A model generated the notes under the pieces. That model saw nothing but the letters and a program-made list of their open reading frames with translations. It searched no databases and was not told where the DNA came from. DNA of 64,000 bases from Minisyncoccota bacterium (lineage in GTDB: Bacteria; Patescibacteriota; Minisyncoccia; Phycocordibacterales; UBA6065). Position 1 is the stretch's first letter. Each line of letters begins with the position of its first letter. Location: positions 46,096-110,095 of the forward strand of contig DASWWW010000001.1 of the NCBI GenBank assembly GCA_036400935.1. The letters run 5' to 3'. The position numbers were made by a program, and so were the translations under genes. Positions 17,107-27,373 of this stretch are shown in pieces.

Positions 17107-17802
17107 ATGAGGTTACACCGTTTTTTTCTCACATCAAATATTTCTAAAGGAAAGATAAATTCTTTCTCAAGCCCCTCTCTCACGCACCAGTTGAGCCACG
17201 TTTTTAGGTTGCACGCCGGGGATACCGTCGTATTCTTCGATGGTACGGGCACGGATTACACCTGCGAGATTGTTTCACTCGAGAAGGCCGATGTGATGTT
17301 CCGCGTCGTTGAAACGTCGACCGTGAAACCGCTCTCTGAAACGAAATTGGCCTTGGCGGTCTCCCTTATCAAGAAGGACAACTTCGAATGGATCATTCAG
17401 AAGGGGACCGAGCTCGGCGTATCTGAGTTCATCCCCCTCATCTCTGAGCGCAGCGAGAAGAAGGGTTTCAACATGGAGCGAGCGAACAAGATTATGACCG
17501 AGGCGCTCGAGCAGTCCGGCCGAAGCGACATGGCGGTCGTGCGCGAGCCGATCGCCCTTGCCGATTTTCTCGAGAGTGAAAAGCGTCCGATCACGACGCT
17601 TCATCTGAGCGGCGAGTCTTTCAAGAATGAATTAGCGATCGCGGGAGAGATCGTCCTCTGTATCGGACCTGAGGGCGGATGGTCGGATAAGGAGATCGGC
17701 ATGTTCAAGGAAAAAGGAGCGTCCGTTATCAAACTCAATTCGCCCGTGTTGCGAGCCGAGACTGCGGCAGTCGCAGCGGCAACTTTGTTTCTTGTCCGTT
17801 AA
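17107..17802 (+). CDS. rsmE: 16S rRNA m3U1498 methyltransferase
   Basis: QKGTELGV, EALEQSGR, IGPEGGW and VLRAETAA motifs. Confidence 0.95.
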   Translation: MRLHRFFLTSNISKGKINSFSSPSLTHQLSHVFRLHAGDTVVFFDGTGTDYTCEIVSLEKADVMFRVVETSTVKPLSETKLALAVSLIKKDNFEWIIQKGTELGVSEFIPLISERSEKKGFNMERANKIMTEALEQSGRSDMAVVREPIALADFLESEKRPITTLHLSGESFKNELAIAGEIVLCIGPEGGWSDKEIGMFKEKGASVIKLNSPVLRAETAAVAAATLFLVR

Positions 17803-17899
17803 GATCTGTCCTTTAGATAAATTATTTCTAAAGAAAAAATAAAATATTTCTAAAACAAAAAGCTCCGCGATGCGGAGCTTTTTGTTTTCAGTATTTTGA

Positions 17900-18925
17900 T
17901 TATTTCTGCTTCTCGAGGAATTCGAACACTGCCTGATTCACGAAGATGTGCTCGAAGTACGAGCGAGCCCTCTCGGGATCAACTCCCTTGTGGTGCTCGG
18001 TCGCGTGCTTCACTTCGTCGTCGACCTTCTTCTTGTCGGCGACGATCTTCTCCTCCTTGGCGATGAGTGCGAGAGCGAGGTCGAGCTTTACGCGCTTCAC
18101 CGCATCCGTCCTCCACTCCTTCTTGAGATCGTCAGACGACTTCTTGAGGTGCTTGAGGTAGTCGTCGAACTTGAGTCCCATGCGCTCGATGTCCGCCTTC
18201 ATCTGCTCGGTCATTCGTCCGAGCTCCGAGTCGATGAGGACTTCGGGGATGACGACGTCGATCTCCGAGGTGAGGGAGTCGACGAGGGCGAGTCGCTTCT
18301 TCTCGTTTGTCTTGTGCTCCTTCTCCTTGGTCATGTTGTCTTTCAGCTTTGCCTTGAAGTCGGCGACTGAATCGAACTCTCCGAGTCCCTTTACGAACTC
18401 GTCGTTGAGCTCGGGTGCTTTCTCGCTCTTGTTTGCTTTCGCGAAATTCACGAGTATGCTCTCGATCGTCTTGTTCAACTCTTCGTCGCTGATTTCAACC
18501 GTCTCAGACTTCTTCGCATTCTCCTTTGCCGCGATCTTCTTGTAATCGAGCTTCTTCAGTTCGGGAACGACTGCGGTCGTGATCGTGAACTCAAGAGGGT
18601 TGCCCTCGGCGATCTTGGTGATCTCAACCTTTGGGTGGCCGATAGCGTCGATCTTCTCCGCGTCGAGAATGTGTCCGTATGCGTGAGAGATAGCGTGCTC
18701 AGCCGCCTCGCGGATAATTGCCGCCATGCCGATCTTCTCCTTGATCATCTTTTCAGGAGCGGTTCCTTTGCGGAATCCCGGGATGGTTACCTCCTTCTGG
18801 ATGTCAGAAAGCGAGTCGGCGATAGCCGCGTCGAATTCCTTGGCGCTGATTTCGCTCTTGATCTCAACTTCCGATGTCTCGGGAAGCTTCTTTATCGATG
18901 CCTTATATGTGTGATGTGATGCCAT
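17900..18925 (-). CDS. tig: trigger factor (short form, PPIase domain largely absent)
   Basis: IPGFRKGTAP ribosome-binding motif; PELNDEFVK; only 341 aa. Confidence 0.92.
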   Translation of the reverse strand: MASHHTYKASIKKLPETSEVEIKSEISAKEFDAAIADSLSDIQKEVTIPGFRKGTAPEKMIKEKIGMAAIIREAAEHAISHAYGHILDAEKIDAIGHPKVEITKIAEGNPLEFTITTAVVPELKKLDYKKIAAKENAKKSETVEISDEELNKTIESILVNFAKANKSEKAPELNDEFVKGLGEFDSVADFKAKLKDNMTKEKEHKTNEKKRLALVDSLTSEIDVVIPEVLIDSELGRMTEQMKADIERMGLKFDDYLKHLKKSSDDLKKEWRTDAVKRVKLDLALALIAKEEKIVADKKKVDDEVKHATEHHKGVDPERARSYFEHIFVNQAVFEFLEKQK

Positions 18926-18974
18926 ATGTGGATATATGATGTGGAAGCAGTCTAGCCGGAAAGGTGCGGTTTGT

Positions 18975-19736
18975 CTATTGTTTTGGGCCGGACTTGTTTT
19001 CTTCCGGAGTTGCTTTCCAAATTATCTGGAACCAGGTACGCATGCTGTCGGCTATTGCCTTGTTGGCAATGACTGTATAGGTTGCCTTCTCGTCTATCTC
19101 GCCTGGCCGAATACTCGAGAATATGATGATGCGATCCTCTAGTATCTCGATGGCGGAATTCGTTGAAAGGTCGGGGCCAAAGAACTTGTTTGACGACATG
19201 CTCAGAACTGACGGTATGGCATGCCGTGCTTCGTGGTCAAAAATGGCGAAAAAGCGGATTTTCTTTCGTTTGGCCTCGCGCTCGAACTGCTCATAAAAGG
19301 ATGAGATGCGCTTGTCTCCCCAGGCGCCCTTCGCGCCCAGCGTATATATGTCGCCGCCGACGCGCAGAAGCTCTCTCATGTAGTTTTTCCAGCCTTCTAT
19401 GCCGCGATAGACATATATTGAGTCGTCACGTCGGGCTCCCTGGTAAAGGGATTCCAAGGAAGGAATTATCTTTTCGAGCTTAGACTCTTTTTCTTTTACT
19501 ATCTCCATGAGCTTTCGGGGATCAACGGCTTGGTAGCGATTTTCGGCGCCTTGAAGTATTTCAAATGCCACGCCCTTCTCTACGAGGCGATTTACTGAAT
19601 CGTACACATTGCGTCGGTTGATTCCGGCACGCACTGCAATTTTGCTTACCGGAAGCTCCCCATCAATAAGAAGAGTTTCATATATTTTAGCCTCGTTTTT
19701 CGAAAAATTAAGCTCTGTAAGGGTTTCTACAATCAT
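18975..19736 (-). CDS. TrmB-family transcriptional regulator
   Basis: LNFSKNEAKIYETLL...INRRNVYDSVNRLVEKG; YRGIEG. Confidence 0.88.
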   Translation of the reverse strand: MIVETLTELNFSKNEAKIYETLLIDGELPVSKIAVRAGINRRNVYDSVNRLVEKGVAFEILQGAENRYQAVDPRKLMEIVKEKESKLEKIIPSLESLYQGARRDDSIYVYRGIEGWKNYMRELLRVGGDIYTLGAKGAWGDKRISSFYEQFEREAKRKKIRFFAIFDHEARHAIPSVLSMSSNKFFGPDLSTNSAIEILEDRIIIFSSIRPGEIDEKATYTVIANKAIADSMRTWFQIIWKATPEENKSGPKQ

Positions 19737-19829
19737 ATATTTATGTGGTACATATTACCACCATATGGCCATATATGCCACTCAAACAGTAATATATAGC
19801 TTGAGTTGGTCGGGATAATCTTTTAATCC

Positions 19830-20894
19830 ATGAAATATAAGATTTTTATTGCTTGTATCACGCTTTTGGCGCTTATCTGCGGGGCAGCTGCTTTCAGCAC
19901 CAAAGATAGCGAAGCCATCTCTATCGGCGTCATATCACCGCTCACTGGAGATGTTGCGTACTGGGGCGAGTCCGCTCGCGCGGGCTGGAACCTTGCGGTA
20001 AAGGACCTGTCCTCAGAAGGTATCAAGGTAAACATTATCGCGGAGGATGGCGGCCTTGATCCTGCAAAAGCGCTTAGTGCCGCGCAAAAGCTCGTGAATA
20101 TCGACGGCGTCAAAGCGCTGTACGTTGAATTCAATCCCGCTTCGATTTCAGTGAGCTCGTTCCTGAAAGACAAGGAGGTTGTCGAGATATATGACGCGAC
20201 GCCCGTTTCTCCTCTTGCGTTGAGCGGTAATTTCTTCAAGACGTACCTTAATTATAAGGAAAGCTGCGCGACTGCCGCGGAAGTCCTGAAAGAGAGGGGT
20301 TTCGCAAGGATTGGCATGCTGAAAATGAACCTCGAGCACGGTGATTTGTGCGTGAAAGGTGTGGCTTCGGTGTTTGGCGATGGCGTAATGGTCGAGCCTT
20401 ACAACCAAGGCACGACCGATTTCAGGACGGCTCTCTCCAAGCTTGCGGCTGCCAAGGCCGAAGTCGTCTTTCATTCGTCGTTTCAGCCTGAAACTCTGAT
20501 ATCGCTCGAGCAGATGCGAACACTCGGCATGAAGCAGCAGTTTGTTGCGCTTTCCGAGACCTTTACTCCGGATGTTGCGTCCGATAAAAAGCGACTGATA
20601 GAGGGCGCGATTACCTTCGGCCTTCCGTCGGTATCGCCAGAGCTCGTCGCGCGAATGAGCGCTGGCGGCGCGATTGTCGACGAGAATGCTGCGGCCCTCG
20701 CTTACCTGCACGTCATGCAGCTCGGCAGGGCGCTCTACTCATGCGATTCAGATATCACGTGTGTTCGCGACAGGCTCGCTTCTTCGCCGGCATTTCCGGA
20801 AGCGGGCTTTCAGGGATTCTTTGCCCGCGTCGCGCGCTTCGATACGCTGCTGGGCGAGTGGAGCGACGGATCGTTCAAGGAAATAGTTCGGTAG
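19830..20894 (+). CDS. LivJ/LivK-like periplasmic-binding protein, no ABC partners adjacent
   Basis: IGVISPLTGDVAYWGE...AEDGGLDPAKALSAAQKLV; TDFRTALSKL. Confidence 0.85.
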   Translation: MKYKIFIACITLLALICGAAAFSTKDSEAISIGVISPLTGDVAYWGESARAGWNLAVKDLSSEGIKVNIIAEDGGLDPAKALSAAQKLVNIDGVKALYVEFNPASISVSSFLKDKEVVEIYDATPVSPLALSGNFFKTYLNYKESCATAAEVLKERGFARIGMLKMNLEHGDLCVKGVASVFGDGVMVEPYNQGTTDFRTALSKLAAAKAEVVFHSSFQPETLISLEQMRTLGMKQQFVALSETFTPDVASDKKRLIEGAITFGLPSVSPELVARMSAGGAIVDENAAALAYLHVMQLGRALYSCDSDITCVRDRLASSPAFPEAGFQGFFARVARFDTLLGEWSDGSFKEIVR

Positions 20895-20948
20895 CGAAAA
20901 GGCGCTGGAACCGAAGGTTCCAGCGCCTTTTCAATCTTGCTTTGAATA

Positions 20949-21533
20949 CTATGCAAGCTTTGGAAGGTAGTCCTTGTTGTATCGCTCGATGCTTTCCTTG
21001 ACGATCTTTACGCCTTCCTCCGGACCCATGAAGTGCTCTACGATGCCGGTTCCTGGCTTCTTGAGCGCCTTGTAGTTCTCCCAGTAGTACTTGGTCTCGG
21101 TCTCGAAGTACGCGCCGAGGTCCTTGAAGGTCTTGATATGCTCTACGCGCTTGTCGCTTGCCAATACCGCGATGATCTTGTCGTCGATCTCGCCTCCGTC
21201 GATGAACTTCATCGCGCCGATAATGCGGGCCTCTACGAGGGATCCTGGAACGAGGGGCTCGGTGATGCCGACGATCTCGACGTCGAGAGGGTCGTTATCG
21301 AGGTCCCAGGTGGTAGGGATCGCTCCGTAGGTGAATGGGTAGGCGAGCGAAGAGTAGCCGACACGATCGAGCTTGAGCTGGCCTGATTCGGTAATGATCT
21401 CGTACTTGTTGATCGAGCCTGAGGATACTTCGACGATAACGTTGATGATGCCTTTCGACTCGTCAGCGAACGCTGGGAGGGCATGGATCAGGTTGTACAT
21501 GAACTTCGAAGGCTTCTGGTTGATGTTTGCCAT
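20949..21533 (-). CDS. ppa: inorganic pyrophosphatase (family I)
   Basis: NKYE, KLDRV, YPFTYGAIP, DNDPLDV and DGGEIDDKIIAV motifs. Confidence 0.95.
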   Translation of the reverse strand: MANINQKPSKFMYNLIHALPAFADESKGIINVIVEVSSGSINKYEIITESGQLKLDRVGYSSLAYPFTYGAIPTTWDLDNDPLDVEIVGITEPLVPGSLVEARIIGAMKFIDGGEIDDKIIAVLASDKRVEHIKTFKDLGAYFETETKYYWENYKALKKPGTGIVEHFMGPEEGVKIVKESIERYNKDYLPKLA

Positions 21534-21558
21534 GGTGAGGTGCTTATTGAATAAGGGA

Positions 21559-22707
21559 CTATTCGGTCGCTGCTGACTCGTCTGCAGCAGGAGCCGCAGA
21601 TGAAGCGACTGGTCGGATATCGATCTTCCAGCCGGTGAGCTTTGCGGCGAGGCGCACGTTCTGGCCGCCCTTTCCGATAGCGAGAGACTGCTCAGAATCC
21701 TTTACCTCGACAGTGGCTGTCTTTGCTGTCTCGTCGAGAGTAATGTTGGTAGGCTTTGCTGGCGAGAGCGCATCAGTGATGAACTTCTTAGGATCTGCTG
21801 ACCACTCGATGATGTCGATTTTCTCGCCGCCGAGCTCCGACGTAACGGTCGTTACGCGAACGCCGCGCTGGCCGACGAGCGAGCCGATAGGGTCGATGTG
21901 CGAGTCGTTGGAAGTCACTGCGATCTTTGATCGCGAGCCTGCCTCTCGGGCTACGGCCTTTACTTCTACGGTCTTGTTGGCGATCTCAGGAGCCTCGATC
22001 TCGAAGAGCTTCGTGAGGAACTGAGGATGCGATCGCGAGAGCTTGAGGAATACGCCTCGAGGAGACTCCTCAACGCGGAAGAGGTATGCGCGGATTCGCT
22101 CGCCCTGCTTGAAGTGCTCGCTCCTGATCTGCTCCTCGAAAGGAAGCACGCCGGTGGCGCGGCCCATGTCGATGAAGATAGTGCCTCGCTCGATGCGCTG
22201 CACGGTGCCCGATACGATGTCGCCCTCTCGCTTGCCGTACTCGCCGAGGACAGAGACCTTCTCGGCCTCGCGGATCTTCTGGATGATGACCTGCTTCGCT
22301 GTCTGGGCGGCGATGCGGCCGAAGTCGTCCTTAGACTCGAGCGAGAAAAGGAGCTCCTCGTCGAGCGCTGCGCTCTTCTTGATCATGCGCGCCTCGTCGA
22401 GCCAGATGTGATGCTCTGGGTTGTATCGCACTCGCTCATCCTCCGGCGGAAGCTCGGGCATCTCCTCCTCTTCAGGGATGTCGATGACCTTCGAGTCGTC
22501 GACGACCGTCTTTACCTGGAAGAATTCGGTCGCGCCGGTGTCCACGTTGAAAGTGGCTCGGACGATCTGTCCGCGCTTGCCGTACTCTTTCTTGTAGGCG
22601 GTAGCGAGGGCCATCTCAATGGCCTCGATTATCTTCTCCTTCGGAATGCCTCGCTCTTCTTCGAGCTGGCCGAGTACCGAATGGATAACTTTAAGGTCGA
22701 ACATCAT
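21559..22707 (-). CDS. nusA: transcription termination/antitermination factor NusA
   Basis: FGRIAAQTAKQVI, AREAGSRSKIAV and SLAIGKGGQNVRLAAKLTGW motifs. Confidence 0.98.
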   Translation of the reverse strand: MMFDLKVIHSVLGQLEEERGIPKEKIIEAIEMALATAYKKEYGKRGQIVRATFNVDTGATEFFQVKTVVDDSKVIDIPEEEEMPELPPEDERVRYNPEHHIWLDEARMIKKSAALDEELLFSLESKDDFGRIAAQTAKQVIIQKIREAEKVSVLGEYGKREGDIVSGTVQRIERGTIFIDMGRATGVLPFEEQIRSEHFKQGERIRAYLFRVEESPRGVFLKLSRSHPQFLTKLFEIEAPEIANKTVEVKAVAREAGSRSKIAVTSNDSHIDPIGSLVGQRGVRVTTVTSELGGEKIDIIEWSADPKKFITDALSPAKPTNITLDETAKTATVEVKDSEQSLAIGKGGQNVRLAAKLTGWKIDIRPVASSAAPAADESAATE

Positions 22708-22803
22708 AATAATTGTGTGTATTTGGGCTATTAAACAAGAAAGTCCGCCCGGAGGGCGAACTTACATGCATATATCATATATTTTCCACACATAAATGTC
22801 AAA

Positions 22804-22909
22804 TAGCCCTAGTTTTCATTTCTCCCGGCACGCATAAAGGCCTGGTGGCCTTTTGCTCCGCTCAGCCCGTCGGCTTGTGCGAGGCCGTTTGAAATGAAAA
22901 CCAGGGCTA
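22804..22909. repeat. 58-nt two-hairpin repeat, copy 2 (22828-22885), enclosed by a 19-bp inverted repeat
   Basis: TAGCCCTAGTTTTCATTTC ... GAAATGAAAACCAGGGCTA flank the element shared with 1874-1931. Confidence 0.75.
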
Positions 22910-22951
22910 CTCGGCAACTTACGTGTAAATATATACTGATATAATAAAGGT

Positions 22952-23170
22952 ATGAAAAAAATATTAATTTTGCTTGCGGTGATAGCTGTGGTGGCGTTTT
23001 TCTGGCCTAAGGAGTTTACTTCGTCGCCTGGATTCGTATCTCAGGAGACATATCAGCAGTTTGAGGCTACAAAGGCCGAGTGTTACGGGTTCGAGCGCCT
23101 TACCAATGCCGAGGCTATGGCGGCTGATGCCCCTGGCATCAGCCAGTGCTTTGGCTGGCTCGCCCGATAG
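22952..23170 (+). CDS. small exported/membrane-anchored protein with two Cys
   Basis: MKKILILL N-terminal hydrophobic segment; CYG...CFG. Confidence 0.7.
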   Translation: MKKILILLAVIAVVAFFWPKEFTSSPGFVSQETYQQFEATKAECYGFERLTNAEAMAADAPGISQCFGWLAR

Positions 23171-23179
23171 GATATAGTA

Positions 23180-23680
23180 GTGCGCATGGACGCGAATATT
23201 CCATCAATTCACCCTCATCCTTGGCTCGAAGAAGACGTTGCGGCGCTTGAGGCCACGAAGAACTTCGCTGAGATAGGCGAAATCGTCAAAAATGTGGCCC
23301 TCAGGCTACCTCATAAGGTCGCTATGATTTCTGGACCGATGACTTCGGGAGGAAAAGGCTCGAATGCCGAGAATCTGGCCGCATATCAGAGGGCTATGGA
23401 GTATGTTCGGTCGCGAGGCCATTTCGTATTCGATCAGTTGCCGGGCGAAAGGGCCTTGAAAAAGCATTGGCATGCATGGAATGCCGCGCAGACAGTGCAG
23501 CCGCCCGGATATTGCTGGGAGCTTTTGCCGGGAGTATACGGGCCGATCTTCGAATCGGGGCAGATAAAGACGATATTCTTTATGCCAGATTGGAAAAGCT
23601 CGAAGGGCTCTGCCTGGGAGCATGAAATGGCGGAGAAGCTAGGCATTGAGAGGGTATATATCCCGCTTAATTGGGAATAG
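23180..23680 (+). CDS. hypothetical protein, DUF4406/nucleoside-deoxyribosyltransferase-like
   Basis: ISGPMTSGG...ENL; FFMPDWKSSKGSAWEH motif. Confidence 0.7.
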   Translation: MRMDANIPSIHPHPWLEEDVAALEATKNFAEIGEIVKNVALRLPHKVAMISGPMTSGGKGSNAENLAAYQRAMEYVRSRGHFVFDQLPGERALKKHWHAWNAAQTVQPPGYCWELLPGVYGPIFESGQIKTIFFMPDWKSSKGSAWEHEMAEKLGIERVYIPLNWE

Positions 23681-23753
23681 CATCACTTGTAGAAGCATAG
23701 AAGAAAGCCGCGATCCAATGGTCGCGGCTTTCTTCTATTGATATACTAAATGC

Positions 23754-25955
23754 ATGAAAATGCACTTATTAAAAGCCGGATTCTTATCAGTCGTTTTATT
23801 GGCGGCGGTCGTTGGCGCGAGCAAGGCTGAGGCGCAGGTCTCTTGCCCTGCGGGAAGCCAGTGCGCGTGGATCAGCACGACGGATGTGACGCGCTTTGGC
23901 GTCCGCGCGTCTGCATCGGCGCAAGGTTTTTATAACGATCAGACGACCAAGGACAAGCTCTGCCAGCTCTCGGGCTACGAATCGAATCCTGGTACCGATT
24001 GGTCGGTCAGGCAGCTAAAGTGGAGCAAGTGCAACGCCGAATACCATGTCGATTGGCGCAACGGGGGATGGGATTCCCATAAGTGCGGAGGAGATTCATA
24101 CGTGAGCGAGGTGTACTGCGTCCGATCGGTGCCGGCCGCAGCGGAGCCTGTCGTCACCATCTCGGCGAGCCCTATGGCGGTCCGGCCTTTCAATAAGACT
24201 ACTCTCACGTGGAGCTCTCAGAATACGACATCGTGTACTGCCTCTGGCGATTGGAGCGGATCAAAGTCGACATCAGGCAGCGAGGAGTCGGGCACGCATA
24301 TTATCGGCGGCAAGACGTTCGTTCTTACCTGTACCGGTCCTGGCGGAACTGCGAGCGGGCAGGTAAATACCTCTCTCTATATATTGGCGAGCGCTCCTAC
24401 CGTAGCGTGGGTTTCCAATCCGGCAAGCAGCCCATCGGGTATTGCGTATGTTGTATCGGCAATCGGCACGGATTCTGATAAGGATCTCGATTCCATTATT
24501 ATCAAGAAGTCCGGAGTGACTTTTGCGACAGGCGGCGCCGGAGATGGGGAGCATTCGCTCGCCTCGGCGCAGTCTACCGATACCGGCCCGGCAACTATTA
24601 CCTATACCGCGATCGCCACTGATGCTACCGGCAGGACCTCTCCGGAAATCAGCCACACGGTCACTATCAATACGCCGTCTGTCACCGCTGTCACGCCTCT
24701 CGATGACGGGACGACTCCGCGAACGGGTCCAGCGCCCACGCTGAGCCCTATTGTCGCCACGGTTTCAGCGAGCCCGACCTGCGTCGCGCCGGGCGGAACT
24801 ATTTCGGTGAGCGGATCGGCAAGCGGAGGCGTTCTCAACGGAAACCCTACGATCACCTCGAACGTTTTGGAGAAGGATTCGAACAAGGACGGCGCATATG
24901 GAGCGATCGCGTCGCGTTCGGATGCAGGATCCAATTCGGCGACGGTAAGCGTGCCGTTTTCGGAGACAAGCAACCGCTATGATTTCAGGACGGTGGTTAA
25001 CGGCTCTGTATATAGCGCCGTTCAGAGCGTGACGGTCGATTCGGCCTGCGGCGCCCCTACGGGAATCTGCGCCCTCATTCCCGCATTGTGCGGGCAGCCG
25101 ACTGTTCCGGCTCAGCCGATTTCTCCGAGCGTATCGCTGTCGGTCGGCTCGACCTGCGTTCAGCCGGGATCGAGTGTGACGTTCCGCAGCACTGCAGGAG
25201 GGACCATCACTTCGCACGGCATCGAGAAGGATTCCAATCAGGATGGGGTGTATGGAGGCATGACGGGATTCGCGCCGGGCGCGGGAACACAGACGTACTC
25301 GTCGTCGTTCGGCGAAGGGCTCTATGACTTCAAATCGGTCGTAAACGGAAATATCTATTCGGCGCCTGTCCGAGTCAGCGTATCGCCGGCGTGCGCGCCG
25401 ACGGTCTTTAATCCAGGCATTCCTGGGGGCGGCACGGGCGGAACGGGAGGCGGCGGTTCGATGCTTCCTACATGTACTGGAGGCAAGATCTTGAGCGGCT
25501 CAACGTGCGTCTGCCCATCATCGACTGTTGATGCGGGATCGTTCTGCGCGACGCCGTCATTCACTCTCACGGCTAATCCGAGCACGGTAAAGGTCCGATC
25601 GATCGCCGGATACTCAGGCGTGACGGAGGAGGCGATCAATCTGTCGGTGAACCCATCGTTCTTCACTGCTCCTGTAACGATCGAGGTGGTCTCGGTTTCC
25701 GCCGGTCTTCAGCCGGAATTCTCATTCAATAACGGTGCGTTCGGCTCCTCGCTCATGTCGCCGTTTACCCTCAATAGCGGAGGATTGCAGTACTTACCGG
25801 TAAAGATCCGCTTTGCGGGCAAGCTCTCGAGCTCCGAGAATTACTCCATAACGTTCAGGGCTACCGGTGTGGATAGCAGGGTGGGCGCGATAGTGCAGAC
25901 TGCCACGGTCAATCTCGATTCGAAGCCGCTGTTTCCTGGATATATAGAGATATAG
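23754..25955 (+). CDS. large secreted Ser/Thr/Gly-rich Ig-like surface protein
   Basis: Signal peptide, Cys-rich N-domain, LTWSSQNTTSCTASGDWSG module, duplicated EKDSN.DG.YG module. Confidence 0.8.
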   Translation: MKMHLLKAGFLSVVLLAAVVGASKAEAQVSCPAGSQCAWISTTDVTRFGVRASASAQGFYNDQTTKDKLCQLSGYESNPGTDWSVRQLKWSKCNAEYHVDWRNGGWDSHKCGGDSYVSEVYCVRSVPAAAEPVVTISASPMAVRPFNKTTLTWSSQNTTSCTASGDWSGSKSTSGSEESGTHIIGGKTFVLTCTGPGGTASGQVNTSLYILASAPTVAWVSNPASSPSGIAYVVSAIGTDSDKDLDSIIIKKSGVTFATGGAGDGEHSLASAQSTDTGPATITYTAIATDATGRTSPEISHTVTINTPSVTAVTPLDDGTTPRTGPAPTLSPIVATVSASPTCVAPGGTISVSGSASGGVLNGNPTITSNVLEKDSNKDGAYGAIASRSDAGSNSATVSVPFSETSNRYDFRTVVNGSVYSAVQSVTVDSACGAPTGICALIPALCGQPTVPAQPISPSVSLSVGSTCVQPGSSVTFRSTAGGTITSHGIEKDSNQDGVYGGMTGFAPGAGTQTYSSSFGEGLYDFKSVVNGNIYSAPVRVSVSPACAPTVFNPGIPGGGTGGTGGGGSMLPTCTGGKILSGSTCVCPSSTVDAGSFCATPSFTLTANPSTVKVRSIAGYSGVTEEAINLSVNPSFFTAPVTIEVVSVSAGLQPEFSFNNGAFGSSLMSPFTLNSGGLQYLPVKIRFAGKLSSSENYSITFRATGVDSRVGAIVQTATVNLDSKPLFPGYIEI

Positions 25956-26047
25956 AAAATATAGGGAAGGTCCGGTGAGAAAAATGCCCGGCGCGCTTCG
26001 CGCGCCGGGCATTTTGCATCCTCGATATGAGTGATATGATATTGAGG

Positions 26048-27019
26048 ATGAAATCTCTCTTTTTAAAGCTTGCTTTTATTTTCGCTCTCTCGATCTTGCC
26101 GTCGTTCGTCTCTGCTGACGGCGCTCAGAATGTCTCCGGTTTCGCTTGGTCTTCCAATATCGGCTGGATCAGCTTCAACTGCACTAATACAAGCACCTGC
26201 GGAACCGCCAACTACGGCGTTCACATGAATGCGTATGGCTGGCTTTCCGGAAACGAGGCTTCTTCCACTCCTGGATACGCCTGGTCCTCGAATATCGGCT
26301 GGATTCAGTTCGGTGGACTCTCGGGATTCCCAACGGGCAACGGAACATATGCGCAGAACGCTCAGGTCGTTTCAGGAAGCCTGCGCGGATGGGCCCGTGC
26401 CCTCTCGTATGGAGGTGGCTGGGATGGCTGGATCTCGCTTTCGGGAACCTCTCCTAATTACGGGGTGACGCTTTCAGGAAATGATTTCATGGGATATGCC
26501 TGGGGCTCCGATGTCGTAGGCTGGATGACGTTCAATCCCTCTACTGGAAACGGCGTCGTCACGAACGGGGTAGTGGATCCTGCCGCGTTTTCCCTTGGCC
26601 TCGATGAAAGCATCCGCGTAAAGCTTTTGCCTAACGGAACTTCAGAAACCGAGCAGAAAAATGTCACTCTGGGCTTTAATGGCGCCTTCGAAACGGCGGG
26701 AAACCCAGTAACCATAAGCATTCAGAGCTATCCGACCGTAGCAAGCACTACCTTCAGCTACTCGTTCGACGGCGGCCAGAATTACTACACGGCGCCGTCC
26801 GGCTCGCTCACAAAGACGATCCCAAAGGGTTCAAGCCCGTACTATACCGAGAATGTTGCCCTCAGGATTCGCATTAACCGCCTCGCTGGCGCTCCTTCGC
26901 TGACCTCTCCGATGGTCCAGGTGGTGCTCCGCGGCGTCGATTCTGTCGGGGGCACTTCTGACGAGAAGACCTTTACCATAATGCCCGTCACGTTCGATCC
27001 TCGATACGGGGAATTCTAA
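26048..27019 (+). CDS. secreted protein with WSSNIGWI repeats
   Basis: Signal peptide; GFAWSSNIGWISF, GYAWSSNIGWIQF, GWDGWISL, GYAWGSDVVGW. Confidence 0.85.
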   Translation: MKSLFLKLAFIFALSILPSFVSADGAQNVSGFAWSSNIGWISFNCTNTSTCGTANYGVHMNAYGWLSGNEASSTPGYAWSSNIGWIQFGGLSGFPTGNGTYAQNAQVVSGSLRGWARALSYGGGWDGWISLSGTSPNYGVTLSGNDFMGYAWGSDVVGWMTFNPSTGNGVVTNGVVDPAAFSLGLDESIRVKLLPNGTSETEQKNVTLGFNGAFETAGNPVTISIQSYPTVASTTFSYSFDGGQNYYTAPSGSLTKTIPKGSSPYYTENVALRIRINRLAGAPSLTSPMVQVVLRGVDSVGGTSDEKTFTIMPVTFDPRYGEF

Positions 27020-27025
27020 TATCGT

Positions 27026-27319
27026 ATGAAAAAGATACTTATTATCGTAGCAATCATTATTCTCGCCGGAGCAGGCTTTTGGGCATACAAGCTCTGGAAC
27101 GCTCCAGCGCCAGCTCCCGTAGACTTCAAGCCTCTCACTCCTGAGCAAAAGGCGGCCCTTTTTGACGAGCTCGTAGAATCCTCATCCGAGCCGGCGCCGG
27201 CGGTTGAGGTCATTCACCAGTCATTCACCGAGCTCGAGGCGACTTCGGCGTCCTCGACGGTCACTGACAAGCAGAAGGCCGACATGTTCAAGGTGCTGGA
27301 GGAGTCGAGCGTCCGTTAG
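27026..27319 (+). CDS. small membrane-anchored protein
   Basis: N-terminal TM, in operon. Confidence 0.7.
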   Translation: MKKILIIVAIIILAGAGFWAYKLWNAPAPAPVDFKPLTPEQKAALFDELVESSSEPAPAVEVIHQSFTELEATSASSTVTDKQKADMFKVLEESSVR

Positions 27320-27373
27320 GCTTGTTCGGGCAAGTGTTGGTATACTAAAGGCAACATTATTCATCGAAACCAA

